Assembly: GCA_951406725.2 (NCBI GenBank)
Contig: OX597821.1
Coordinates: 28,954,001-29,018,000 of the forward strand
DNA: 64,000 nucleotides
Reading direction: 5' to 3'
Source: Octopus vulgaris
Lineage: Eukaryota
Under the pieces are notes generated by a model. It did not search any database and was not told the origin of the DNA. It worked only from the letters and a program-made list of their open reading frames with translations. Position 1 is the first letter of the stretch; the number at the start of each line of letters is the position of its first letter. Below, piece after piece: positions 26,487 to 39,529 of this stretch. A program made the translations under genes and the position numbers.

Positions 26487-27107
26487 CTTTCTCATTGGTT
26501 TGCTGCTGATTATTGCATTTTGTTTTGTTTTTTTGTTTTTTTGTGTCTTTATTTTCCCTTTCAAATGGGCTGTAGATAGAGAGTTTGTAGTGAACTGACA
26601 GCAAGTAGGGAAGATAGTCTGCACAACAACACATCAGTTGTATATCGTGTATTGCATGTTTTCTTCAAATCCTAAAAGCAGCTTACGTATAGATGCAAGC
26701 GGGTTTTTTTTTGCGTTGTTTTGTTTTGTTTTTTGTTTTGCTTTTTCATAATATTTTTGGATTAGTTTTCTAGTTTGGCTCGTTGGGATTTCGTGAATGA
26801 GAATTACATGCCAAACCATAGTATTGTAATTTTTTTCTTTTTTTTTTTTGTATTTTGCTATGCCTGGTGGTATTCACACGCGCACGCACACACGCATACG
26901 CACCCACACACATATTTGCATGCATATTTATATATATATGACTGAATATCTATATATATGTACATATATATATACATATATATATATATATACATACATA
27001 CATATATATGAATAAATATAAGCATTATGTTATACACGAGGATAAATATGTATGTATATATGTTAATATATACGTATACACAAACATATATATGTATACA
27101 CATATTC

Positions 27108-27146
<39 letters not shown>

Positions 27147-27170
27147 AATGTATGTATATTCATATGTAGA

Positions 27171-27206
<36 letters not shown>

Positions 27207-27325
27207 CATACATAAACACACGCGCGCACACACGCACATATATATACCTACATACATACATACATATGTTTGTGTGTGTGTGTGTGTGTAAAGGGGTCTG
27301 TAAATATTTTATGCGTGTATATATG

Positions 27326-27408
<83 letters not shown>

Positions 27409-27954
27409 ATATACATGTGTGTATGAGTGTTTTGGAGAACGAAGACTAACATGTGTGCATCTAAAACTAGATGCATATGTTTATCAATGCGTAAATATAC
27501 GAAATTGTTTGTGCGGTTACAAATCATATAGGAAACCACGTAGTCATAAACAAAACCATTTTGTGGAAACCTATGTAAATCATAACATTGTATGTAATTG
27601 TATGGAAAGCTGTGATGAGAAATAACCACACAGTTCAGTTCAGTATGTGTAAACAATATTCATGTTTATAACAGTAATATGCTCAAAATACAGGTTTGTG
27701 TTTACCTGGGCGCAGGTATGGTTGGTATAGCTGTGTGATACACAACAATTTCGTGTTCTACAGTTCGGTCCTTTGCAGCAGTACAAATGTGCAAATATCT
27801 CCTAGCTTTCGTTAAATCGATGCAATGGAATTCGGTAGACGGAAAGAGATACTTTACGACAGTTAGTCGTGTATATACCCACAGAAAAACTCACACACAC
27901 ACACATACACACATATATACAAACATGCTTACATATATACATACATACTTACAT

Positions 27955-28186
27955 ACTCTTTACTCTCTTTTACTCTTTTATTTGTTTCAGTCATTTGACT
28001 GCGGCCATGCTGGAGCACCACCTTTAGTCGAGCAAATCGACCCCGGGACTTATTCTTTGTAAGCCCATTACTTATTCTATCGGTCTCTTTTGCCGAACCA
28101 CTAAGTGACGGGGACGTAAACACACCAGCATCGGTTGTCAAGCAATGCTAGGGGGACAAACACAGACACACAAACACACACACACT

Positions 28187-28228
<42 letters not shown>

Positions 28229-28393
28229 TACGACAGGCTTCTTTCAGTTTCCGTCTACCAAATCCACTCACAAGGCATTGATCGGCCCGGGGCTATAGCA
28301 GAAGTCACTTGCCCAAGATGCCACGCAGTGGGACTGAACCCGGAACCATGTGGTTGGTTAGCAAGCTACTTACCACACAGCCACTCCTGCGCC
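27955..28393 (-). mobile_element. SINE family A, full-length young copy
   Basis: Reverse complement of 21457-21860 with few differences. Confidence 0.95.
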
Positions 28394-28869
28394 TATATAT
28401 ATATTATTAATAAAACCACACAAACTCTTTGCGAAATTCGGGTACACAGGTATACTTGGCCCCAATTTCCCAAGCTGATAATGTAAACATGAAGGGTTAA
28501 CTACACATATATATATTCTCACTTGTGAAACATTGAAATGACTGAATATTTCGGCCCGAAAACTCTGGGTAGCTGAATTCCACATGTTTTGCGCGTGTAC
28601 ATGCGTGCATGTGTGTGTGCATGTGTGTGTGCATGTGTGTGCGTATGTGTGTGTGTGTGGATTTATTAATAACAACTTTACTCTCTTAAGTGACCGAGAG
28701 GTTTACTACTCGCTGAACTTCATCTTGCGCATTGTATATTTCTAGTATATTTGTTTGAAATATATTTTAACTTACCCAAAGTTCATTTATCCTTAATCAC
28801 AGCTTAGAGCTAATACTACTGTATTTATTCTGGCCGGGCGGTCTTCGAGCGCAATTCAGTCGCTAATAT

Positions 28870-29082
28870 TCTTCTCTATTCTAGGCTCAAGGCCCGAAAT
28901 TTTTGGGGAGGGTGCCAGTCGATTATATCGACCCCAGTGCCTAACTGGTACTTATTTAATCAAACCAGAAAGGATAAAATGCAAAGTCGACCTCGGCAGA
29001 ATTTGAACTCATAACGTAGCGGCAGACGGAATACCGCTAAGCATTTCACCCGGCGTGCTAACGTTTCTGCCAGCTCGCCGCC
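28870..29082 (-). mobile_element. SINE family B
   Basis: Reverse complement of the 15066 copy's head and central domain. Confidence 0.9.
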
Positions 29083-29109
29083 AAGATAAAGCTACAGCTT
29101 TAGAGCCTA

Positions 29110-30110
29110 CTCGAGTGATCTCTCTCCGTTATCTCCTACTGAAGAAAGGTAAGCACGTCTGAGAGTACTAAATTATTCCTTCTCGTGGTTACCTTTGCAA
29201 ATTCCTCATATCCCCCACATCGCCACCCTCACAGCCATCCCATCATCACAAGAGGTATTCGTCCCATAATCTCCCATTTCTCCTCTTCAACCAAAAAGCA
29301 CTTAGAACTGCCCCACTCAATTCGCTACTAACCTATTCCTCCCTCTATTCAATTCAATACACCTCAGCATACCTCAGTACACTCCACCTCTATTCTCAAC
29401 TCACCTTCATTATAGTACTAACTACTATTGCTTTGACCACCGACTCACCACCCCCCACCTACATATACACTGTCCACCTCCCTCTATTTTCTCTCACACC
29501 GTTCTACATACCTTAGTTATCTCCCTCCGCTACCGAATTAGATACTTTCCCTCCCTCAAATAATTGCTTTACCTTTTCTCACCATCTCAACTTCCAATAA
29601 TTCTATAGCTATTATCCCAAAACTTTGACGCCTATGCACAAACCCAACAACAACTGAGCACCCTTCAATTACTATGAATCTCACCCCACCCACTCATCTC
29701 CCATCTTTCTACCTCTACTACTATCTCCCTTGACACCCTCTTCCAGAACTAGCTCTCTTATCTCCTCTCATCATTCCCTGTCATAACATTCCCCCACAAC
29801 CCCACTGACTCTCCTACTTCGGCCTTCTAATACGGTTGGTTCTTCACATTTAATCATTCCAGCTTTGAACTTCTTTGCATCTGAGATGTAAGATCTTTTC
29901 TACCCTGATGAGTGAGGCTCGATTTATCCAATGTTGATTGCTTCCATTAAGACCCCATGTTGTAACGCACTGCATCTACCATCATTACGATATATCTCTG
30001 AGCTTTCAGAAACAGCTGTTGGACGTATAACACCTTTCTTTCACTTTAATCTTCTTTGTCGTTTGTACTATGCGTTGAATCTATTAACATAAATATTTAT
30101 GAATTTATAC
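29110..30110 (+). mobile_element. Probable Penelope-like element 3' region (C-rich tract plus hammerhead)
   Basis: C/T-skewed tract 29110-29830, then CTGATGA (29905)...GAAACAGCTGTT (30009-30020); same architecture as 43040-43870. Confidence 0.5.
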
Positions 30111-31029
30111 TTAAATATTCATCGTCTGAATGTCTCCAGCTTTTGCTTTCTCTCATTTTGTGTGTATACATATATACATATTTTGTATTCTGTACCCAAA
30201 CAGTGATATTGATTACTATCAGAAAACCGCCCTCCGAGCAGTTTTCTATTTGCCGCTTGATAATATTTTCATATTTGGTCCCAATTATAATATTTTTTAT
30301 GATATTTTACGTCTACTTATTTCTTTGTATAACAGTGCTCACTTGCTTAACAAATATTGCTTTCCATATTTTATCACAGTCATAATTTTTCTTGTTAAAA
30401 CAAACATCAAAATAGCCCAGCTACGTTTAGTGTGCAAAAATATAGCAACGATCGCATAGAGATATTCTGACACCTATAGCGAATCAAACAGCAATAGCAA
30501 CGAATTCACTTGATAATACTTAGATAACAACAGAAAGGAAATAAGTCATATGAGTTCGAAGCTTCAGTAGATTTTAATAAGTTGTCGAATATAATTTTTT
30601 CCAGTATGTATAAACAATAAGCCGTGGGCATTTACAGCGAAATTAAGCTAACAAAATACCTCATTTCCTCATCTAAAGTAACGAAATAAAACTTGAAAGG
30701 AGAAAATTGTAATGAATATATATTATGCAAATTATTATTAATGAAAACAATTAGAGGCAGGAGAGACAGTGTGTGTGAGAGACTGTGTTGCAATTCAAAA
30801 CTAAAAATTTTACCAGAACATGTTAATATTGTTTATCAAAGGTTAAAACCTACTCTGCAGTGAACGCGAAGCGTGGCAGCGAATATTGAAATTTGTGATA
30901 TTAAATAATAACCAGACGCTTCGAAACTGCCTTGAAAACGATAACAATAGAAGTCAGTGACAGTAAGTTTGCGATTGTCTCTCCTCTTCAAACTTGTCTG
31001 ATACACATGCCTCCCTCGGGGAAATATTA

Positions 31030-32341
31030 GTACAGAGGATCATAGGATCGATGTAACTCGTAGCTTCTTTGTAGACTGCCATCTCTTTTCTAAACAATAA
31101 CATTCAAGTGGTCAGCGCCTTCCTCTGACAAAAAAGTAGTAATTTCTGAATCCATTGGACAATGTGAATTTTATGGTTTCTTATTCTTGTCAGCGTGTAG
31201 AACAGATCGATATCCTTTAAAGTTTCAGTTTCAATAGCTGCTCTAAAACTACGTATATATGTATTATATTGGTGCAAGACATCCTGTATTGCTTTCAATG
31301 TCTGACTGCTTAGATTTCTATGCTGCAGACGATTTCCAAGTTCATTATCTGTTTCATACAAGTAGATTTCAGCAAATTTGGGATTGTTGTCTTTGGGACG
31401 TAGTGATCCAATTGTGTGATAAGATTTTCCCTGCACTTTAAATGTAGTACTAAATCCGGTGGGGGGCTCTGATTTCTCTACAACCCAGAGAAGCCAATGC
31501 TAGTTGATTGTTAAATGAACGTACATTTTGCAGGAAACTGTTTCCTGTTTGTGTAACATCGAAGTATCTAAGAGCATTTGGTGGAGGGGAAAGCAGTTTG
31601 TCAAGTTTTACCTTCCTCTCAAAGCAACATAAAGATTTCAATTCAGCAGCCTAACTGTAAGATTTGCAGTATGAACAAACATTGTCAAAGAGACTCCCTG
31701 CATTATGTGGCTGTACAATAGGCAGGGTGGAGGCGCAATGGCCCAGTAGTTAGGGCAGCGGACTCGCGGTCGGAGGATCGCTGTTTCGATTCCCAGACCG
31801 GGCGTTGTGTATCTTTATTGAGCGGAAACAACTAAAAGCTCCACTAAACGCTGCGATGGACTGGCGTCCCGTCCAGCTGGGGGGAACACTTACGCCACAG
31901 AAACCGGGAAACTGGGCCCATGATCCTGGCTAGGCTTGAAAAGGGCGAAGAAGACAATAGGCAGGACACTGGCTTTCATTGTTAATCCTTTAACAGAATT
32001 CTTCCTAGTTTGAAAATTTTATCGTCAGTACTCCTGCTGTTTGTTGGCACTTGTGTTTCTGTTAGTATCTCACTGATGTTTAGAAGGCTTCCCATTTAAT
32101 CCTGAACAGCCACAGACAGTGATAGCTGACTCAGTGTCTTGTTTTGAAACAGAATATTATTCTCTCGCGATACCCTAACCAGTCGGGCGTGTGTAGTGGA
32201 AACAGAATCATCTCTAGCTCTACGTGCATATTCAGACGTTTGTTTCAGTCGCTTTGCCCTGGTTTTATCCGATTCAGTTGTCCGTCTTTCTCTTGTTGCT
32301 ACATGTTCTTTTTCAGTCGCATATGTTTTTGGACGCCCCAT
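31030..32341 (-). pseudogene. Helitron RepHel N-terminal region, decayed
   Basis: CC..RKVKL..L.PPP..L, FLQNVRSFNNQLALASLG and QGKSYHTIGSLRP...PKFAEIYLYE...L..IQDVLHQYNTYIRSF are characteristic Helitron N-terminal motifs; probable 5' TC end at 33372 (A|TCTATATTATAA). Confidence 0.85.
31727..31953 (+). mobile_element. SINE family F inserted in the Helitron, 12-bp TSD
   Basis: TSD ACAATAGGCAGG at 31715-31726 and 31954-31965; tRNA boxes; CTGCGATGGACTGGCGTCCCGTCCAG resembles the V-SINE domain (from recall). Confidence 0.9.
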
Positions 32342-33619
32342 GTTGAATTGTAAAATTCCAATGTGATATTTGTATAATAACTACATCAAACCTTGAATTT
32401 GTGTGTGTGTTTGTATTAGAGAGGCAGTGTGAGAGAGAGAAGAGGGAGGGGGAGAACATTGCAAACAATGATTGAAATGAACATGAAATGAAAAAATCGT
32501 ATAAATAAAAACTCGTTAAAAACTATATTGTACCGAATATTCAAATTTGTGAGCTTGAAATATTCAATAATAGAAGGAATTTCAGGAAGTAAATTTTTCT
32601 GAAAATTTCAATTTATAAAAAATCGCATTTGCTGAGTAAATATTTTTTTCAGTAATTTATTGTAGTTGTAATATATCTCTAATTTAAACAAACTTCAAGG
32701 TGACCCAACTACGCTTAGCATGCTTGAAATAGCAGCGATCATATAGTTATTACTGTAAGGCTTATAACGTTCCAAACAGGCACACCAGCAAACTCACTTC
32801 GTAATTTAAAATTAAAATTATACTGGTGTATTAAAAAAATGTCATTTATCAAAGATATTCATTTAACAAACTCTGGAAACTGATATTATTTTTGAAATTG
32901 TGCCTCGCATCATAAGCCTCAGAGTTATACAGCTATCTTGTCTAATAGCTTTCATTCATTCAATAAATAATTTTTACGTTACGTATATAGAATAAACTGT
33001 GTGTTTTTCAAATAGCGAATTGAAAATTGAAATGGAAAATTGAAATGAATATATATTAAATTATCATGAATGAAAATAGAGGAGAGAGATGGTGAGAGAC
33101 TGTTGCAAATGAAAACGGAAAATTTCGCCAGCAACGAATTAATATTGTTAATTAAACATTCAAATCTACTGCAGAGAATGCCAGGAATATTGAAATTTGT
33201 GAAAAACTTGCAGCTCCAATATTCAATAAACTTCTGAAATCAAAATCACAGGAAATTTCTTGGAACATGAATTTATAAAAAAATTTCAGACGGTCAAGCC
33301 TTTAATAATTGCTTTCTTTTAGTAATTGTTACATACCTAATTAATCAGCAGCTTTCTCCATTATAATATAGATATCTAATTTGTTTATCTGCATAATTGC
33401 TTCTATATCTGCTCAACTTAATCCCTCTTATAGCCACATTTTACTCGTGGAATTGAACCCCTGTACAGACATTGGAATCTAAGTTTGAATTATTTGAGCA
33501 TTACGAAGTGACTGCTATACGGAGAATCTCTGGATCTCATTTGTTGTCTATATATGCGCGCGCGTGTGTGTATTTGTGCGTGTGTGCGTGTGTAATACAC
33601 ACAGGTATATTTGTATGTG

Positions 33620-33674
<55 letters not shown>

Positions 33675-33838
33675 TGTATATACAGATATAGGGTGAAATA
33701 TAATTAATTTAATAAAATCAACAAATTTCACCTAGTAGTATTTCGGTATGGAAAAGGACGATATTCGGTAAATATTTATATAATTATAATAATAAGGGTT
33801 TCTTGCAACAAGTTTAAGCAACTTGTTGCAAAAACCCT

Positions 33839-33893
<55 letters not shown>

Positions 33894-34951
33894 GTGTGTG
33901 TGTGTGTGTGTGTATGTATATATATACACATATACATACATATATACATACATGCATGCATACACACACATACACACACACATATACATCAATAAATGAA
34001 ATTAACAAGTTTTACAACAATGTTGCCATAAGAAAGTTTATCAAATAAAAATAAAAGATTGTTTGATACAAAATGATTCTATAGATTATTGCTAGAAATA
34101 TAATATATTTCTTGCAATAATTCTGTTAATTGTAAGTCTACCATTATAAAAGGCTTACGACATACAAAAACCCATTGATGAAAATGATGTATAATACAAA
34201 AAACCCATTGATATATAATAATTCCGATTTTAGCACAAAGTTTACTTTTAGTGGAGAGGGTTAGTCGACTACCGCGATTTCTGTACGTGACAAGTACTTT
34301 ATTCTATCGACCTCCTCTCAACGAAAAGCAAAATCGAACTTGATTGGGTTTGAACTCGGAATAAAATAGTCTGCAAGAAATATTACAAGGCGCTTTATCC
34401 GACGCTCTAACGATTCTGACAAGGTACCTCGCTTGTAATTTTGAAGGGAAAGAGTTATTCGATCACACCAACTTTAGTCCTTGAGCAGCATTTAATTTTT
34501 TTCGCCCTGAAGTGTTAAACGGCAAAGTTGACTACAACGCTATTTGAAATCAGAATGTAAAGAATCGAAAGAAATAACCTGAAGTATGTTTCGTTTGTTT
34601 CTTTTTTTTTTTTTTTCAGACTCTCTAATGATTCTGTCACCAAGTAATTTTGACTTCATCAGTCGCAACCACCATTATCACTACTACCATCACCTCCAAC
34701 TGATATCCATAGGTTATTGAACTTTTTATACGCATCTTTATCTTTGCTTCCTTGGTGAAAATATATTCGTTGATATTTCCTGTTAGTTTCTGTTATTGCC
34801 GTAAGTGTAACGTTTAATCTGGAAGAAAAAATCACTCATAAATATTTCATAATAAGAGATTAAATGATTAAGGATATTGTGTAATAAGTCTTGCAGTAGA
34901 TTTAACATAATGCAAACAAAAAGTATATATACACCTATTCTTCAGTTTATG

Positions 34952-35340
34952 CAAGCTGGCGGAATCGTTAGCATGCCGGGCGAAATGCTTATCGGTATTT
35001 CGTCTGCCGTTACGTTCTGAGTTCAAATTCCGCCCAGGTCGACTTTGCCTTTCATCCTTTCGGGGTCGATAAATTAAGTACCAGTTACGCACTGGGGTCG
35101 ATGTAATCGACTTAATACCTATGTATGTCCTTGTTTGTCCCCTCTGTGTTTAGCCCCTTGTGGGTAATAAAGAAATAGGTATTTCGTCTGCCGTTACGTT
35201 CTGAGTTCAAATTCCGCCGGCGTGGACTTTGTCTTTCATCCTTTCGGGGTCGATTAAATAAGTACCATTTACGCACTAGGGTCGATTCAATCGACTTACA
35301 TACTTTGTCTTTGTTTGTCCTCTCTATGTTTAGCCCCCTG
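34952..35340 (+). mobile_element. SINE family B, head-to-tail partial dimer
   Basis: The GGTATTTCGTCTGCCGTTACG...TTTAGCCCC unit occurs twice. Confidence 0.9.
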
Positions 35341-35664
35341 TGGCGTAGGAGTGGCTGTGAGGTAAAAAGTTTGCTTCTTAACCACATGGTTCTGGGCTTA
35401 GTGCCATTGCGCGACATCATTGCATAATCCACAGCATTACAACCCGTCTGGTAAGGTTGTATAAGGTACATGCACTACAACCATATATGCCTAACATGGT
35501 GATCTCATTTAAAAAGATAAACAGCGCATGACCTTGCAGGTGGCGGTGGATCAGTTAGAATTTTCTTCAGGTGCACTAGCCCATCATGCTCAAAAGATCC
35601 CTGAATAAAAGTTGTTCAAGGATATCATCATCATTATTATTATTATTATTGTAATTATCATTAT

Positions 35665-36036
35665 TCATATACATACAAGAGATTAGACTGTTGGAAAAGA
35701 AAAATTCCTAACATCAGGCTGCAAGTAATTTTAGATGCCAAGAACCCTTCTAAGTATCCTAGTTGTTTCTGGAGCTGTACTAAACTGAGTTTTATGCCTT
35801 TTTCCTCTATCAAACTCTTCAAATCTTTAAGGATAGTTCCCAATGCACCTATAACTACTGGGATACATTTTACCCGCACTCTCCATAGTCTCTGTAATTC
35901 AATGACTCGGTCCTGTTACTTTGCTATTTTCTCTATACCTCTCTGATATTGAGTTTTTCATCAATTGGTACTGTGAAGTCAATTGTCTGGCTCTTTCTAT
36001 TCTCTTTACCTACTACTACAGCTACTACTACTACAG

Positions 36037-36075
<39 letters not shown>

Positions 36076-36150
36076 AATCAGGCCTTCTAACGTCTATTAC
36101 TCTGTCAGTCTGAATGTTTAAGTCCCACATCTTATATTACTTACTTTTAT
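35665..36150 (-). pseudogene. R4/Dong-type restriction-like endonuclease 3' end, second locus
   Basis: WDLNIQTDRVIDVRRPDLVV..KENRKSQTIDFTVP.D...REV then RVKCIPVVIGALGT: the PD..D RLE motif; flanked by (AAT)n. Confidence 0.85.
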
Positions 36151-36166
36151 AATAATAATAATTATT

Positions 36167-36207
<41 letters not shown>

Positions 36208-36416
36208 TTATGGTTTCCTTTCATTATAACTTTATTTCAGCTGCCTTAGTACCGAGCATCCTCTGAATAGTGCCTGTACCACTTATCATGGGATTTAATT
36301 TTGTAGTATTTACAAGCATTCGATAAAATAATTAGGGTCGATGTAATCAACTGGTCCCCTCCCCAAAATTTCAGGCCTTGTGCTTAGAGTAGAAATGAAT
36401 ATTATTACTATTATTG

Positions 36417-36458
<42 letters not shown>

Positions 36459-38587
36459 AGAAGAAGTTGAGTAGGCAGGACCGTTTGCTTTTCACCCGGC
36501 TGTACGCTGGAAGTTTAAATTCCGCCTAGGTCGACTTTTGCCTTTCGTCCTTTTAGTGTCGACAAATTATATATCAGTTGAGCACGGGTGGTGGTGGTGG
36601 GTCTATGTAATCAACAAAATTTGGGGCTGTCTACCTATATAAGAAAAATTTCTATTATTACTGAGAGAATATATTTCGTCTTAACTTTTCCTTGTATTTT
36701 ATTAACATTTTTTATTTTGGAAAAAAAAAAGACTTCCGCTCTATTCCTTTTTGCATATTTCTCTTTACTTTTCGTCTTTTGTCTTCTAAACAAACCCACG
36801 TACCAAGTAAATGCAAATACCGACAAAATGAATCATCAGCCTCTGTTTTCTTCAAATTTATAATAAAATATCTTCTATATATTCAGTACACTTTCTCTCA
36901 TTTATTACAACGAATATAATATATATTTGTGTGTTTATCTAGCTAATGTATTAATTTATCTACCTAGAAGACGTTGATATGTTCTTGTTCATTTTACCGT
37001 TATTTTGTAAAATTTTGAATGATAAATTATACTTTGTGTGTAAGTGCGTGTGCGGCGTGTATCGGTATTAAGATGTGCCTACGAGTGTTTCGGTGCAAGA
37101 CTGAGTGTGTATGCATATATGTGTATGTAGGTGCACGTGTATATGTACTTCAGGTGTGTTGGAAAAATTTTTACAGTTTACTTTTATATTTTCACTTTCC
37201 CTTTTTTTTTTTTCTTCACCAGTTTAATCTCTCAACAGGATTCCCTGCCTGTACTTACATATTCAAGTTATACGCTTTAGCGATCCTCCTCTAAGATCTA
37301 TGTCGCCCAGCTGCATTTTAAAGTAATTTGCTTCAATTTCAGAATAAATAAAACATTAATTATAGATGTATCTGAAATAATTTGACAAAGAATCAAAGTT
37401 AAAAATAAACGAAATGTAAGACTACATGGGGACGTATTATATGATTTGTTATCATTATACTTCACAGTTCTCTAAATGTGAGATGTATGAATAAAAAAGT
37501 GGTTGAAAGTGAATAAGAGTGGTTATATGCATCTATGACAAACTTAAGGCATTATATTTGCTTTTCACCAGTGTATTTGTCTATACATGGCTACATGCGT
37601 TGAGTTGTGAGTAGGCGTACTCATAGTCATTTGTCTTTACAATACAATATTCACTTCCAGAGGCATGTGTACACGCATATGGCTGCACTTGCATGTGTGA
37701 ATATGTAGACACATACATATGCATTAAAGACATATAATCACATGAATATATGTATATATACAAACGCATAAGTACATACATGTGTGTGTGTGGCTTTATA
37801 ATTGCTGCTTGCTGCCGTTTAAAAAGTGCATGGAGAAAACAGTTCAATTCAATTTGATATTCAATGCACAATTGTATTTATTTTTAATATATGAGAATGT
37901 CTCACGCAAAACCAGTCTCGTTTCATTCTCTTCAGAATTTGTCGAAGGTTAGACTTGAATAAAATTCAAACTGCTTTTCAGCGTTAATTAATAGACAAGG
38001 ACATTCTAACGTTAATTATTTAGCCATTACATCCAGAAGAATATTTTCTATAGATATTTTAATTAATACATAAATGAATATTATGTAGAAAGATAACAAG
38101 GTCAAATTGTGTAAGCTCTCTAGTTCGCTTAATCGAGAAGAGATTGCCTCTCCATTAATGGTAAGTTCACCAGGAGCACGCCACATGTATAAATGAATAA
38201 CTTTAAGATAAATAAGTAAAGAATAACGTTCTGCACAAAGGAAAGATCGGTAAAATTCTTAGGTAATAATCTACGTCGGGATTTCGATATTTAATGACTA
38301 ACTGATAACTAAACACATTGAATTTTGAAAACATTGTGAGACAGGTGGTTAAGATCAGAGGATAGATAGATAGGTAAGTATGAGTATAAGACAAGTGTGT
38401 AGTTGAAGAATTATATTCACAGAATTAAATTTTAGGTTTAATGGATAGATACAGAATTAAGTTAAAGAATAAACAAGGACAAATGATTAAATTGGTAAAA
38501 ATCCTTCTGCTGATATGTAATAAGTAGGGAAAGGAATAATAACCGGTATATATATATATATTTGAAGATCACAATACATGTATTAAA

Positions 38588-38640
38588 GCGCTACTAATAA
38601 TTTCATATGCTGAGAAAACTCAAACGTACTCTTCAGGCGC
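38588..38640 (-). ncRNA. Type I hammerhead ribozyme, complete core
   Basis: Minus strand GCGC-CTGAAGA-GTACGTTTGAG TTTT CTCAGCATAT-GAAA-TTATTA-GTA-GCGC. Confidence 0.7.
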
Positions 38641-39529
38641 AAACCCATATATCATAACGAACTGAAGAAATTGAATAATAGAAAAACACGAAAAAATTGA
38701 GAAGGAAGCATATAGAAAACGCAGACAGGGAACAACGGAAAACGAAAAACAGAAACTAGAATGTAAAAAGTAAAAAGTAAAAAGGTAAAAGAGCTATCTT
38801 CCTTATACCTTAAATGACAGAGCTGGGAAGATATCAAGTCAGTCTGGAATAAGCCGAATTTTCCAATTCTTCAAAATATAGTTATATACATAAGCATGCA
38901 ACCACTGAAAATTTCTAAGCTGGAGTTCAATAGATCTGAAAAGGATCAGCGCTCTTTCAGCCAAAGTCTATATTTATTCGATTCATTCACATAAGGTATG
39001 AAATTTCTCAATTACTTTCCATTTAATCGCATGCGATGTTTCGTTACATTTCAAAGTCCATACGTAGCTAGCCAACTTAGTAAGCTTTACTTTTGTCCCT
39101 ACGTCGGAAGGGGGCTATGTGATTGGCGTAGTGATTGATTTTTAAATTCACCTTCACATAGTCCAATATAGGCCTTCTTATCACTTGTATTATTATTTAG
39201 GGTTGCAGTAGCTGACACCGGAGGGATGTCAAGCAAAGTTGACTTTAGTGAAAATTTGAACTCAGGGCGGGAAAACCTTTCGCGAGGAAATATCTCGAGA
39301 GATTTTTTCGATGCTCTACTGATTCTGCCAATAACAAACCTTCAAAGGTTTTTTGATAATAGTTGCATATTTAGGCAAAAAGCGTACAATTTTGAGGGAA
39401 TAAGGTTAATCGATACCATCGACTGATATTTGATTTTATCGAGTAGGTTGGGATGAAAGGCAAAACTGATTCTACCAAGCCATTAGCATTTCTAAATGAA
39501 TCTTCCTCATTATTAGCAAAAGGTAGTTT

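Noticed and set aside
26560-26600. Weak resemblance to miR-10 (CTGTAGAT...TTTGT)
   Set aside because: Seed and central bases do not match; no convincing precursor hairpin
24337-26634. Long ORFs (246-370 aa) of poly-M/I/S/H/D
   Set aside because: Stop-free frames of trinucleotide microsatellites; no domain content
37912-37938. CTGAAGA-GAAT-GAAAC on the minus strand
   Set aside because: No stem II can form; likely chance or a deleted remnant
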